In this document: piece by piece, positions 1 through 6,980 of the stretch
How positions within the stretch are numbered: the stretch's first letter is position 1
Layout of the letters: each line of letters starts with the position of its first letter
NCBI GenBank assembly: GCA_004212155.1
Contig: RXIG01000003.1
Coordinates: 1 to 12,291, forward strand
Origin: an archaeon
Lineage (GTDB): Archaea; Methanobacteriota_B; Thermococci; Methanofastidiosales; NM3
Direction: 5' to 3'
Length of the DNA stretch: 12,291 nucleotides
Program-made: the position numbers and the translations under genes
Notes under the pieces: model-generated
The model's input: the letters and a program-made list of their open reading frames with translations, nothing else
Told to the model about the DNA's origin: nothing
Databases searched by the model: none

Positions 1-172
1 AAAGCATTCCCCAATGCGCTTGCGGAGGGGATAGAGGATGCCAGCTTGCATCCAGTGCGCATGCCGCTTGGCACCGCGCGCGAATGCACATGAAGAAATA
101 TGACTTTATGTGCAAAGCCTTAATTGCGGACGCGCTTAATGATCTGTCACCCGCGGTCATCCCTGTTTGGCA

Positions 173-188
173 GAAAAGAGATTTATAT
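173..188 (+). promoter_or_regulatory. Putative BRE/TATA promoter of the DUF2085 gene
   Basis: GAAAAGAG-ATTTATAT about 30 nt upstream of ATG 218, matching archaeal purine-rich BRE plus TATA geometry. Confidence 0.5.
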
Positions 189-217
189 GTCTGCGTTCAT
201 TTGCGTATTGAGCATAG

Positions 218-670
218 ATGAACGAGCGACACATCATTCTCGGAGCACTTGCACTCGAACTCGCGTGGGTGGGCGGCATACTCCTTGCGCCCGCTCTCGC
301 TTCACACGGTTCGGAGTTGGCGCCGTATGTGTACGAATCGTATGCACGGGTATGCCATCAGCGCCTCGAACGCACACTGGTCGTTATGGGTGAACCCATG
401 GCGGTCTGCGCCCGTTGTTTTGGCATCTATGCAGGATTTCTCTTCGGGACGATCCTCTATCCCCTCTATGCACGATTGGAAAAAAGGGGTCCGCCCGACA
501 TCAGGTACGTGCTCGTGGCCGTGCTGCCCCTCGCCATCGACGGAGGGACCCAGCTCCTTGGCCTTCGCGAGAGCACCAACGTTATTCGTCTCTTGACGGG
601 CGGATTGTTTGGGATTGTGTTCGTTCAGTACTTCATAGCTCTGGTTGCGGTTCGACTGGCGGATTCCTAG
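218..670 (+). CDS. DUF2085 family membrane protein
   Basis: 150 aa with several hydrophobic segments and family motifs VCHQRLER, AVCARCFGIYAG, PLAIDGGTQLLGLRESTNVIRLLTGGLFG. Confidence 0.9.
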   Translation: MNERHIILGALALELAWVGGILLAPALASHGSELAPYVYESYARVCHQRLERTLVVMGEPMAVCARCFGIYAGFLFGTILYPLYARLEKRGPPDIRYVLVAVLPLAIDGGTQLLGLRESTNVIRLLTGGLFGIVFVQYFIALVAVRLADS

Positions 671-1361
671 TGAGGCTGATGTAATAGAGCGTGAACGCAA
701 CGATGAAGAATCCATTCACGAGCTCGGCGAGGAATCCACCAATAACAGGTATGATTCCCAGGATCACCGCGGCAATGATGTAGATGATGTATATCACCAG
801 TATGTCGGGCCACACCTGCTTGGCGAGCTGGAACGAGTTCCTGAACGAGTCGGTGATGTTGTAGTTGTCAAGCACGATGCCCTGCCTTACGAACACCGTG
901 GCCACAACAACGATCACATAGCCTATGCAGCATGCGAGCACGCCCAGTATCTCGAGAATCGCAATGATGATGGCCGCGATGATGAGCAGCAACCACTTGT
1001 CCTTCATGAAGTCGAACGCGCTGTTGAGGTCGACAGGCCGCCCTTCCCACGCATCGGCTGCCATCACGATGGCGATGCCGCTGACGAGGATGGCCACGAT
1101 ACGGGTGACGATGCTCAGGAGCGCCGACCCTGCGATGACCGCGCCTATCGAGGGGAAGAACGTGTCGAAGTTGCCGTCCTGTATTGCGCCCTCATCGAAA
1201 CTGCCAAACGCTGACGTTGCGGACCCGGAGATGGCCATTCCACCGATGAGGGACACGATCGCCGGTATCAGGAATATAAGGACTATGATTGGATATTTGC
1301 TGACGATAGAGAGGCTCTCGTTGATAGCCCTGCCGACCGTCATTTTGGTATGTTGTGCCAT
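633..1361 (-). CDS. Multi-pass membrane protein of unknown function (DUF975/DUF7847-like)
   Basis: 242 aa with about 6 hydrophobic helices; patterns such as AINESLSIV, DSFRNSFQLAK and ILGIIPVIGGFL are typical of these uncharacterised families. AT-rich TATA-like element at 1385-1392 on the minus strand. Family label is approximate. Confidence 0.75.
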   Translation of the reverse strand: MAQHTKMTVGRAINESLSIVSKYPIIVLIFLIPAIVSLIGGMAISGSATSAFGSFDEGAIQDGNFDTFFPSIGAVIAGSALLSIVTRIVAILVSGIAIVMAADAWEGRPVDLNSAFDFMKDKWLLLIIAAIIIAILEILGVLACCIGYVIVVVATVFVRQGIVLDNYNITDSFRNSFQLAKQVWPDILVIYIIYIIAAVILGIIPVIGGFLAELVNGFFIVAFTLYYISLTRNPPVEPQPEL

Positions 1362-1482
1362 GATGGAGAATATGGCGTCCTTTTTTTATATTTTTTGTTA
1401 TAGCGAGTGTCGGCTATAGGCGTAATCACATTCAAAAGACCCTTTGAACGGGCATCCATGCGGGCAGATGCCACCTTCGTAC

Positions 1483-1497
1483 CAAAAAGTTTAAATA
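1483..1497 (+). promoter_or_regulatory. BRE/TATA promoter of hsp20
   Basis: CAAAAAG-TTTAAATA, followed by SD GGAGGTGA (1537-1544) before ATG 1551. Confidence 0.75.
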
Positions 1498-1519
1498 TTA
1501 TATGAACATATAGTAAAGG

Positions 1520-1532
1520 TAACTACAAGTTA
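1520..1532. promoter_or_regulatory. Putative heat-shock repressor operator (HSR1/Phr-like)
   Basis: TAAC-TACAA-GTTA (TAAC-N5-GTTA) at the expected TSS; resembles the Archaeoglobus HSR1 site CTAAC-N5-GTTAG. Confidence 0.55.
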
Positions 1533-1550
1533 ACGTGGAGGTGAAGCATT

Positions 1551-2015
1551 ATGAGATATGATCCATGGGAAGAATTAAGACGGATACAGGAAGAGATGGA
1601 CTCGCTCTTCGGAACGTTTCTAAGGCCTGCCCGCCGCCGCTTGGAGAGCGGTGGGGAGAGACCACCCTCTCGCGAGGTGGTACCGTATGCCGAGCCTGCA
1701 GCTGACGTCGTTGACAAGGGCGAGGAGTTCAAGGTCATGGTCGACCTTCCTGGCATGAACAAGGAGGACATTTCCGTGACCGTGCGAGACAACGTCGTTA
1801 ACATCCGCGCCGAGAAGAAGACGGAGCGGGAAGAGGAGCGTGAGGGATACTACTTCCAGGAGCGCGGCTATCAGGGTTTCACACGTTCGATACCGCTCCC
1901 TGACGACGTCGTGCCTGACAAGACGCAGGGACAGTACAACAACGGCGTGCTCGAACTGACCCTCAAGAAGAAGCATCCAACGTCCGAGAAGGAGTACAAG
2001 GTCACCTTCGATTGA
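1551..2015 (+). CDS. hsp20: Small heat shock protein, Hsp20/alpha-crystallin family
   Basis: Alpha-crystallin motifs DLPGMNKEDISV, ERGYQGFTRSIPLP and YNNGVLELTLKK; DPWEELRR N-terminus; strong SD. Confidence 0.96.
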   Translation: MRYDPWEELRRIQEEMDSLFGTFLRPARRRLESGGERPPSREVVPYAEPAADVVDKGEEFKVMVDLPGMNKEDISVTVRDNVVNIRAEKKTEREEEREGYYFQERGYQGFTRSIPLPDDVVPDKTQGQYNNGVLELTLKKKHPTSEKEYKVTFD

Positions 2016-2027
2016 ACGATTCATTGT

Positions 2028-2066
2028 AGGAGGGATCCAAACACCCCTCCTGATTTTTTCCTTTTG
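2028..2066 (+). terminator. Hairpin plus T-tract terminator of hsp20
   Basis: AGGAGGG (2028-2034) pairs with CCCTCCT (2045-2051), followed by TTTTTTCCTTTT. Confidence 0.65.
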
Positions 2067-2127
2067 ATGCATTTTTTAACGCAATCTTTTTTATAGGGAC
2101 CCCCTAGATGACTCAAATGGTGTGAAC

Positions 2128-2790
2128 ATGAGTACACTTAGATGTGACAAATGCAGCGGCTATTACTGTTTTGCAGGAAACTGGGACGAATCAAAGGCAC
2201 CGGAGAACTGCCCCATGTTGCTCTACCCGGAGGTATTCGCATGTGCACGCGACCGAAGCCTCGAGGAGAAGGTACGTGAGCTCAACGTGCCTGCTGCCAT
2301 GGTCGAAAAGGAAGGGTTTGCCAAGATCGACGGCAAGAATGCGCCATGCTATCCGCGCATACGCGAGATAGTGGAGTTTGCCAAGAAGACGGGCAGGACC
2401 CATATAGGCCTTGCATTTTGTAAGTCATCAAGCTCCGAGGCAAAGATGATAGGCGAGATCTTCGACTCGTTCGGACTCGATGTCGACGCCGTGCTGTGCA
2501 AGTGTGGCGGTATCAGCAAGAACGAGGTCGGCATACCAGAGGAATACAAGGTCCGCGGCGCGGGCGCGTTCGAGGCATCGTGCAACCCCGTGACGCAGGC
2601 AGAGCTCTTCAACAAGCTGGGAACGGACATCAATGTACTCGTCGGGCTGTGCCTTGGCCATGATATGCTTTTTATAAAGCACTGTGATGCACTCGTGACG
2701 ACGCTTATCGTCAAGGACAAGGTCACAGGGAACAATCCGCAGGCTGCGCTTTACAACATCTTCGCAAAGCGCGCCTACTTTAAACCGTAA
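2128..2790 (+). CDS. DUF1847 family Cys-rich putative metal-binding protein
   Basis: Motifs RIREIVEFAKK, IGLAFC, VLCKCGGISK, SCNPVTQAELFN, GLCLGHDMLF, TTLIVKDKVTGNNP. ATG 2128 preferred over GTG 2122 because of the GGTGTGA SD spacing. Confidence 0.9.
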   Translation: MSTLRCDKCSGYYCFAGNWDESKAPENCPMLLYPEVFACARDRSLEEKVRELNVPAAMVEKEGFAKIDGKNAPCYPRIREIVEFAKKTGRTHIGLAFCKSSSSEAKMIGEIFDSFGLDVDAVLCKCGGISKNEVGIPEEYKVRGAGAFEASCNPVTQAELFNKLGTDINVLVGLCLGHDMLFIKHCDALVTTLIVKDKVTGNNPQAALYNIFAKRAYFKP

Positions 2791-2822
2791 ATAAATATAG
2801 ATAAAAAAGAGGATGGGCAGCC

Positions 2823-5252
2823 CTACGGCTTTATGCCCATCTTCGCTTCCTTTTCTGCTATCGTCAGCTTCGTCTTGATCACCGTGTCAGGATTGAGCGA
2901 TATCGAGTCGATACCGCACTCGACCAGGAACTCGGCGAAGTCGGGGAAATCTGACGGCGCCTGGCCGCATATGCCGATCTTCTTGCCCTTTTCCTTGGCG
3001 ACCTCTATGACACGGGCCACCATGCGCTTGACCGCGATGTTGCGCTCGTTGTAGATGTGCGCGACAAGCGCAGAGTCCCTGTCGAGGCCAAGCGTGAGCT
3101 GTGTGAGGTCGTTTGAACCGATGGAGAATCCGTCGAACACCTCGCTAAATTCTTCTGCGGCGATGATGTTTGAGGGAAGTTCTGCCATGACGTAGACCTC
3201 GAGGCCATTCTCGCCCTGCTTGAGACCGTACTCGGCCATGACGTCGATGACCTTCTTGCCCTCCTCTGGCGTCCTGCAAAACGGCACCATGGCCTTGACG
3301 TTGGAAAGCCCCATATCGTCACGCACGCGCTTGATGGCGATGCATTCGAGACCGAAGGCGGGCTTGTAGTCCTCGTCGTAGTAGCGTGAGGCGCCCCTCC
3401 ACCCTATCATCGGGTTGCTCTCCTTTGGTTCGTAGAGATATCCACCGATGAGGTTGGCATACTCGTTGGTCTTGAAGTCGGAGAGCCGTACGATGACGTC
3501 GTTGGGGTAGAACCCTGCTGCTATCCTTGCGATGCCGTGGCTGAGCGTCTCGATGAAGAACTCGGTCTTGTCTTCGTATCCCTTTGTCTTCTCCTCGATG
3601 CTGGCGACGACCTCGGCAATGCGCTCGTCGGTTTTCGCCTTCTCCTTGAGGTCATTGAAGTGGATGAGCGCGAGCGGATGGATGCCTATGTAGGAGTTGA
3701 TGATGAACTCCTCGCGGGCAAGCCCGACACCGTCGTTTGGCATCTGACCCTGCACGAAGGCCTGTTCGGGGATGCCTGCGTTCATCATGATCTTCGTGTG
3801 CGTCTCTGGAAGCTTTTCGAGGTTCGTCTCCTCTATCTCGAAGTCGAGAAGCCCTTCATACACCTTGCCGGTCTCGTCGACGCACGAGACGGTGACGTCT
3901 TGTCCCGTCTTGATGTGCTCGGTCGCGTCCTCGGTGCCGATGACAGCGGGAATGCCGAGCTCACGCGAGACGATGGCGGCATGGCAGGTCCTGCCACCGC
4001 GGTTCGTGACGATGGCCGATGCAATCTTCATGATGGGTTCCCAGTCGGGGTCGGTCATGTCGGTCACGAGGACCTGTCCCTTCTTGAAGGTCTCTATCTC
4101 GCTGGCCGATTCGATGATATGGGCTGTCCCCTGTCCGATCCTGTCGCCGACCGAGAGACCTTCGACAAGCACGTTGCCCTTCTCTTTGAGCCGGTAGGTG
4201 CGCACCACGTTCATGTCCTTTTGGGAGTGGACCGTCTCGGGTCGCGCCTGGACGATGAAGAGCTTTCCGGTACCGACCTTCTCGCCGTCGCCGTCCTTGG
4301 CCCACTCGATGTCCATGGCCTTGCCGTAGTGGCGCTCGATGACGACAGCCCACTTGGCGAGCTGGAGGATCTCGTCGTCCGTGATGACGTAGCGCACGCG
4401 GTCCTTTTCAGGAACATCGACGTTCTTTACCGGTTCTTCCTCGTCCTCAGCGTAGATCATCTTGATCTTCTTTCCGCCGACCTTCTTTGATATGATCGGA
4501 CGGTGCGTATCGAGGGTAGGCTTGAATACATAGTACTCGTCGGGGTTGACCGCCCCCTGCACCACGTTCTCGCCGAGGCCGTATGAGCCTGTGAGGAAGA
4601 CAGCATCGCTGAATCCGGACTCCGTGTCGATCGAAAACATGACACCGGCGCTCGCGGAGTCGGACCTGATCATCTTCTGCACCCCTATGGAAAGATACAC
4701 GTCAAAATGGCCAAATCCACGGTCCTCTCGATATGATATCGCCCTATCGGTAAACAATGATGAGAAACAGCGTTTGCATGCATGAATGAGATTTTCATCT
4801 CCCTTGATGTTGAGATACGTCTCTTGCTGGCCGGCAAACGACGCATCGGGGAGGTCCTCGGCCGTTGCGGACGAACGCACGGCCACGTCTGGATCGGACT
4901 CGTATCCGAACTTTTCAGACATTTCCTTGTAATGCGATATGATCTCCTCCTCGAGGTCCTTTGGGATCTCGGCATCGAGGATGATCTGTCTGACCTTCTT
5001 GCCACGCTCGCGCAGATTCTTGATGTCGTGCGTGTTGAGGTCTGAGAGCACGTCCTTGATCTTGTCCATAGCGCCGGACTGCTCCATCAAGTAAATATAC
5101 CCCTCGGCGGTGATCGCAAACCCGTCGGGCACGTTGACGCCCTCCGATTTGAGGTTTTGGATCATCTCACCGAGTGACGCATTCTTGCCGCCAACCAGGG
5201 GCACGTCGTCAATACCCAATTCTTCGAACCATTTAACATACTTAGCGCACAT
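2823..5252 (-). CDS. ppsA: Phosphoenolpyruvate synthase (pyruvate,water dikinase)
   Basis: VGGKNASLGEM, VAVRSSATAEDLPDASFAGQQET, phospho-His motif GGRTCHAAIVSRELG, FSIGSNDLTQL, GICGQAPSD; SD GGAGGGTG upstream. Confidence 0.98.
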   Translation of the reverse strand: MCAKYVKWFEELGIDDVPLVGGKNASLGEMIQNLKSEGVNVPDGFAITAEGYIYLMEQSGAMDKIKDVLSDLNTHDIKNLRERGKKVRQIILDAEIPKDLEEEIISHYKEMSEKFGYESDPDVAVRSSATAEDLPDASFAGQQETYLNIKGDENLIHACKRCFSSLFTDRAISYREDRGFGHFDVYLSIGVQKMIRSDSASAGVMFSIDTESGFSDAVFLTGSYGLGENVVQGAVNPDEYYVFKPTLDTHRPIISKKVGGKKIKMIYAEDEEEPVKNVDVPEKDRVRYVITDDEILQLAKWAVVIERHYGKAMDIEWAKDGDGEKVGTGKLFIVQARPETVHSQKDMNVVRTYRLKEKGNVLVEGLSVGDRIGQGTAHIIESASEIETFKKGQVLVTDMTDPDWEPIMKIASAIVTNRGGRTCHAAIVSRELGIPAVIGTEDATEHIKTGQDVTVSCVDETGKVYEGLLDFEIEETNLEKLPETHTKIMMNAGIPEQAFVQGQMPNDGVGLAREEFIINSYIGIHPLALIHFNDLKEKAKTDERIAEVVASIEEKTKGYEDKTEFFIETLSHGIARIAAGFYPNDVIVRLSDFKTNEYANLIGGYLYEPKESNPMIGWRGASRYYDEDYKPAFGLECIAIKRVRDDMGLSNVKAMVPFCRTPEEGKKVIDVMAEYGLKQGENGLEVYVMAELPSNIIAAEEFSEVFDGFSIGSNDLTQLTLGLDRDSALVAHIYNERNIAVKRMVARVIEVAKEKGKKIGICGQAPSDFPDFAEFLVECGIDSISLNPDTVIKTKLTIAEKEAKMGIKP

Positions 5253-5291
5253 ACGGCACCCTCCAAGATGAATTTTATTTAGGCTACTCCC

Positions 5292-5311
5292 TATAATTTA
5301 AAAGGTTTTTG
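5292..5311 (-). promoter_or_regulatory. BRE/TATA promoter of ppsA
   Basis: Minus strand reads CAAAAACC-TTTTAAATTATA about 40-60 nt upstream of the start codon. Confidence 0.65.
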
Positions 5312-5423
5312 TAGAATAGTAATACAAATCTTCCATAAATACTTGTATTGTTGTAGAATTGTGATATATGGCTCTAGATTTTAATCTAAATGATAAGATT
5401 GTTTCGGCCTTTAATACTATCCA

Positions 5424-5600
5424 ACGCATATTTTTCAGTATTCTTGACACGTTTCGCTACGTTCGCCCTCATGAGGAGGGGATGGCGTGCACACGATCAT
5501 GCAAGCGCGCGCTCAGAGGCTGATAACGCCGTGATCAGCAGCTCTTCGGGGGCACCATCACTCCCCTCGCATACACCTCTGTCTGCATGCGATTGAGCAT
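5424..5600 (-). ncRNA. Putative TnpB omega-RNA (reRNA) scaffold plus guide
   Basis: Overlaps the tnpB 3' end, as established for IS200/IS605 TnpB. Hairpins at 5567-5592, 5548-5566, 5515-5545 and 5466-5480; ends in GTGTCAA (5450-5444), resembling a right-end motif. Boundaries inferred. Confidence 0.55.
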
Positions 5601-6600
5601 TGCCAGGGTAGCGTAGACCAATATTAAAAGCAGCGTTGACATCGGCATGCTCAACGTGTCCGCATACGGGACACTCAAATTTTTTCTGGTAGCGCTTGCC
5701 CGCATGTCCGCACACGCTGCAGAGTTTTGACGTGTTGTACGGATCGATGAAGGCAACGGGGACCCCCCGCAGCTTGGCCTTTAGCTCTATCGTCGTTGCC
5801 AACTGATAGAATATCCAACTGTTCAAGGAGTCCTGGCCCGATGCGTCGGACACGCATGTTCGATGTTTGCTACGTCCCCCTACGCGTTCAAGACAGATAC
5901 CGTTGTTCGTCTCCGACGCGATGTCCACGATCTTGTTTGCCACGTCGTTGGTGAGGTTGAGCAGCGCGCGTCGCTTCTTTCGCTCCAGCGCCATGCTGCC
6001 CTCGCGGTCTCGGCGCGCACGCATATGTGCCTTAATGTTCTCGTACTTCTTGTATCGGTGCGGTATCTCCTTGCCGAACTTTGCCACCTTTCCCGTCTCA
6101 GGGCTTGCAGCGACGGCGACATGGCCTGTCGTGTTGAGGTCTATACCGATCCACGACCGCACGTCCCGCTCGTCCTCGGGCAATGTGACCGAGACATAGG
6201 CGTACTTGTTGTTGATCTCGACGAGGCTGACCTTCTCGAACGTGTTGGGAAAGGAATAATAAAACGAGAAGCCGAGCGAGGGGATGCATATCTCCTTTCT
6301 TGCGCGATTGAGAAGGACCGCCCTTCCGGGGACGACGAGATTGACCTTCTTGACCCTTTTTAGCGTCTTGTTGCGCTTGTAGACCTTGATGAGCTGCTGT
6401 GCAAGCACCGCATTGAGCCCGATGTGCTTGACATTGTCGTAGGTAATGTCGCGATTCCTCTGATTGACGGTGAACTGCGCTATCCGTTTCGCCTTTTGGA
6501 GATATTCACTAAAGTCCGTGTGATGCCGAATCTTGTATGCAAAGATCATGTATCATCATACACGCAGTGGGGGATTGCTCCAACTCTTTATTTTTTGAGT
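5444..6600 (-). mobile_element. Non-autonomous or decayed IS200/IS605 (IS1341-like) element carrying only tnpB
   Basis: No tnpA in either flank; right-end-like hairpin and TCAA present; left end not clearly recognisable, so that boundary is a guess. Confidence 0.45.
5497..6549 (-). CDS. tnpB: IS200/IS605-family RNA-guided endonuclease TnpB
   Basis: RuvC-I IGIDLN, RuvC-II ICLER, WIFYQL..IELKAKLRG, IDPYNTSKLCSVCG...FECPVCG zinc finger, RuvC-III HADVNAAFNI. Confidence 0.95.
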   Translation of the reverse strand: MIFAYKIRHHTDFSEYLQKAKRIAQFTVNQRNRDITYDNVKHIGLNAVLAQQLIKVYKRNKTLKRVKKVNLVVPGRAVLLNRARKEICIPSLGFSFYYSFPNTFEKVSLVEINNKYAYVSVTLPEDERDVRSWIGIDLNTTGHVAVAASPETGKVAKFGKEIPHRYKKYENIKAHMRARRDREGSMALERKKRRALLNLTNDVANKIVDIASETNNGICLERVGGRSKHRTCVSDASGQDSLNSWIFYQLATTIELKAKLRGVPVAFIDPYNTSKLCSVCGHAGKRYQKKFECPVCGHVEHADVNAAFNIGLRYPGNAQSHADRGVCEGSDGAPEELLITALSASERALA

Positions 6601-6800
6601 AATGTATTGTTACTATATATATTCCGCACTTAATATATATAAGATTATCGTCGTTCCATGCAAGAAATCTCATCGAAGCGGGGCGTTCAGTGCGTACCAT
6701 TCGCGTGATGTTGATAGACACGATTATAGACCTTTATATGTGCAAAAACAGCAGATTTTACTTCTTTTACTTCTTATATATTTATTGAATTAAAGTGCTA

Positions 6801-6814
6801 CAAAACGTTTAAAT
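6801..6814 (+). promoter_or_regulatory. Putative BRE/TATA promoter of nrdD
   Basis: CAAAACG-TTTAAAT, predicting a TSS near 6835-6840, just before the structured leader. Confidence 0.55.
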
Positions 6815-6845
6815 TCTGGGTGCGACAACTCATATGTAATCAAGC

Positions 6846-6977
6846 TGTGAGCGTGTGGCGTGGCAGTCGGCGTCGGTTGTGTCCCCCGTAATAGAATCCA
6901 CTTCTGCAACACCTTTTTACAAGGGGGTCCTATCGATACGGCGCGTAGCCCTCGCATGCAGCTCACAATGGAGGACC
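6846..6977 (+). promoter_or_regulatory. Structured 5' leader of nrdD (candidate cis-regulatory RNA)
   Basis: Nested pairings TGTGAGC/GCTCACA, GTCGGT/ATCGAT, CCCCC/GGGGG and GTAA/TTAC; closes 2 nt before SD GGAGG (6970-6974). Confidence 0.5.
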
Positions 6978-6980
6978 AAT

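Noticed and set aside
1-93. Open frame from the window start ending at TGA 91-93, with short palindromes such as GGATGC-N6-GCATCC
   Set aside because: Could be the tail of an upstream gene or intergenic DNA; too short to assign.
104-116. CTTTATGTGCAAA similar to CTTTATATGTGCAAA at 6732-6746
   Set aside because: Short and TATA-like; compatible with chance or generic promoter sequence.
645-1419. Plus-strand ORFs 645-1214 and 925-1419
   Set aside because: Antisense shadows of the membrane-protein gene with no recognisable motifs.
3537-4490. 317-aa plus-strand ORF
   Set aside because: Antisense shadow of ppsA caused by GC-rich codon bias.
5350-5366. GTGATA as a TrmBL1 TGM site (TATCAC-N5-GTGATA) upstream of ppsA
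   Set aside because: Only one half-site is present.
5497-6549. Cas12f/CRISPR or nuclease-dead TldR interpretation
   Set aside because: No repeat-spacer array or cas genes in the window, and the D-E-D residues are present.
6509-6793. Short ORFs 6509-6721 (-) and 6602-6793 (+) as tnpA or leader peptides
   Set aside because: No HUH/Y1 or serine-recombinase motifs; they cross AT-rich promoter DNA.
6846-6967. Cobalamin riboswitch call for the nrdD leader
   Set aside because: Hallmark GGGAA, GCCACTG and B12-box elements are not visible.
6855-6980. 42-aa N-terminal extension of NrdD from GTG 6855
   Set aside because: No SD, lies within the folded leader; ATG 6981 has a good SD.
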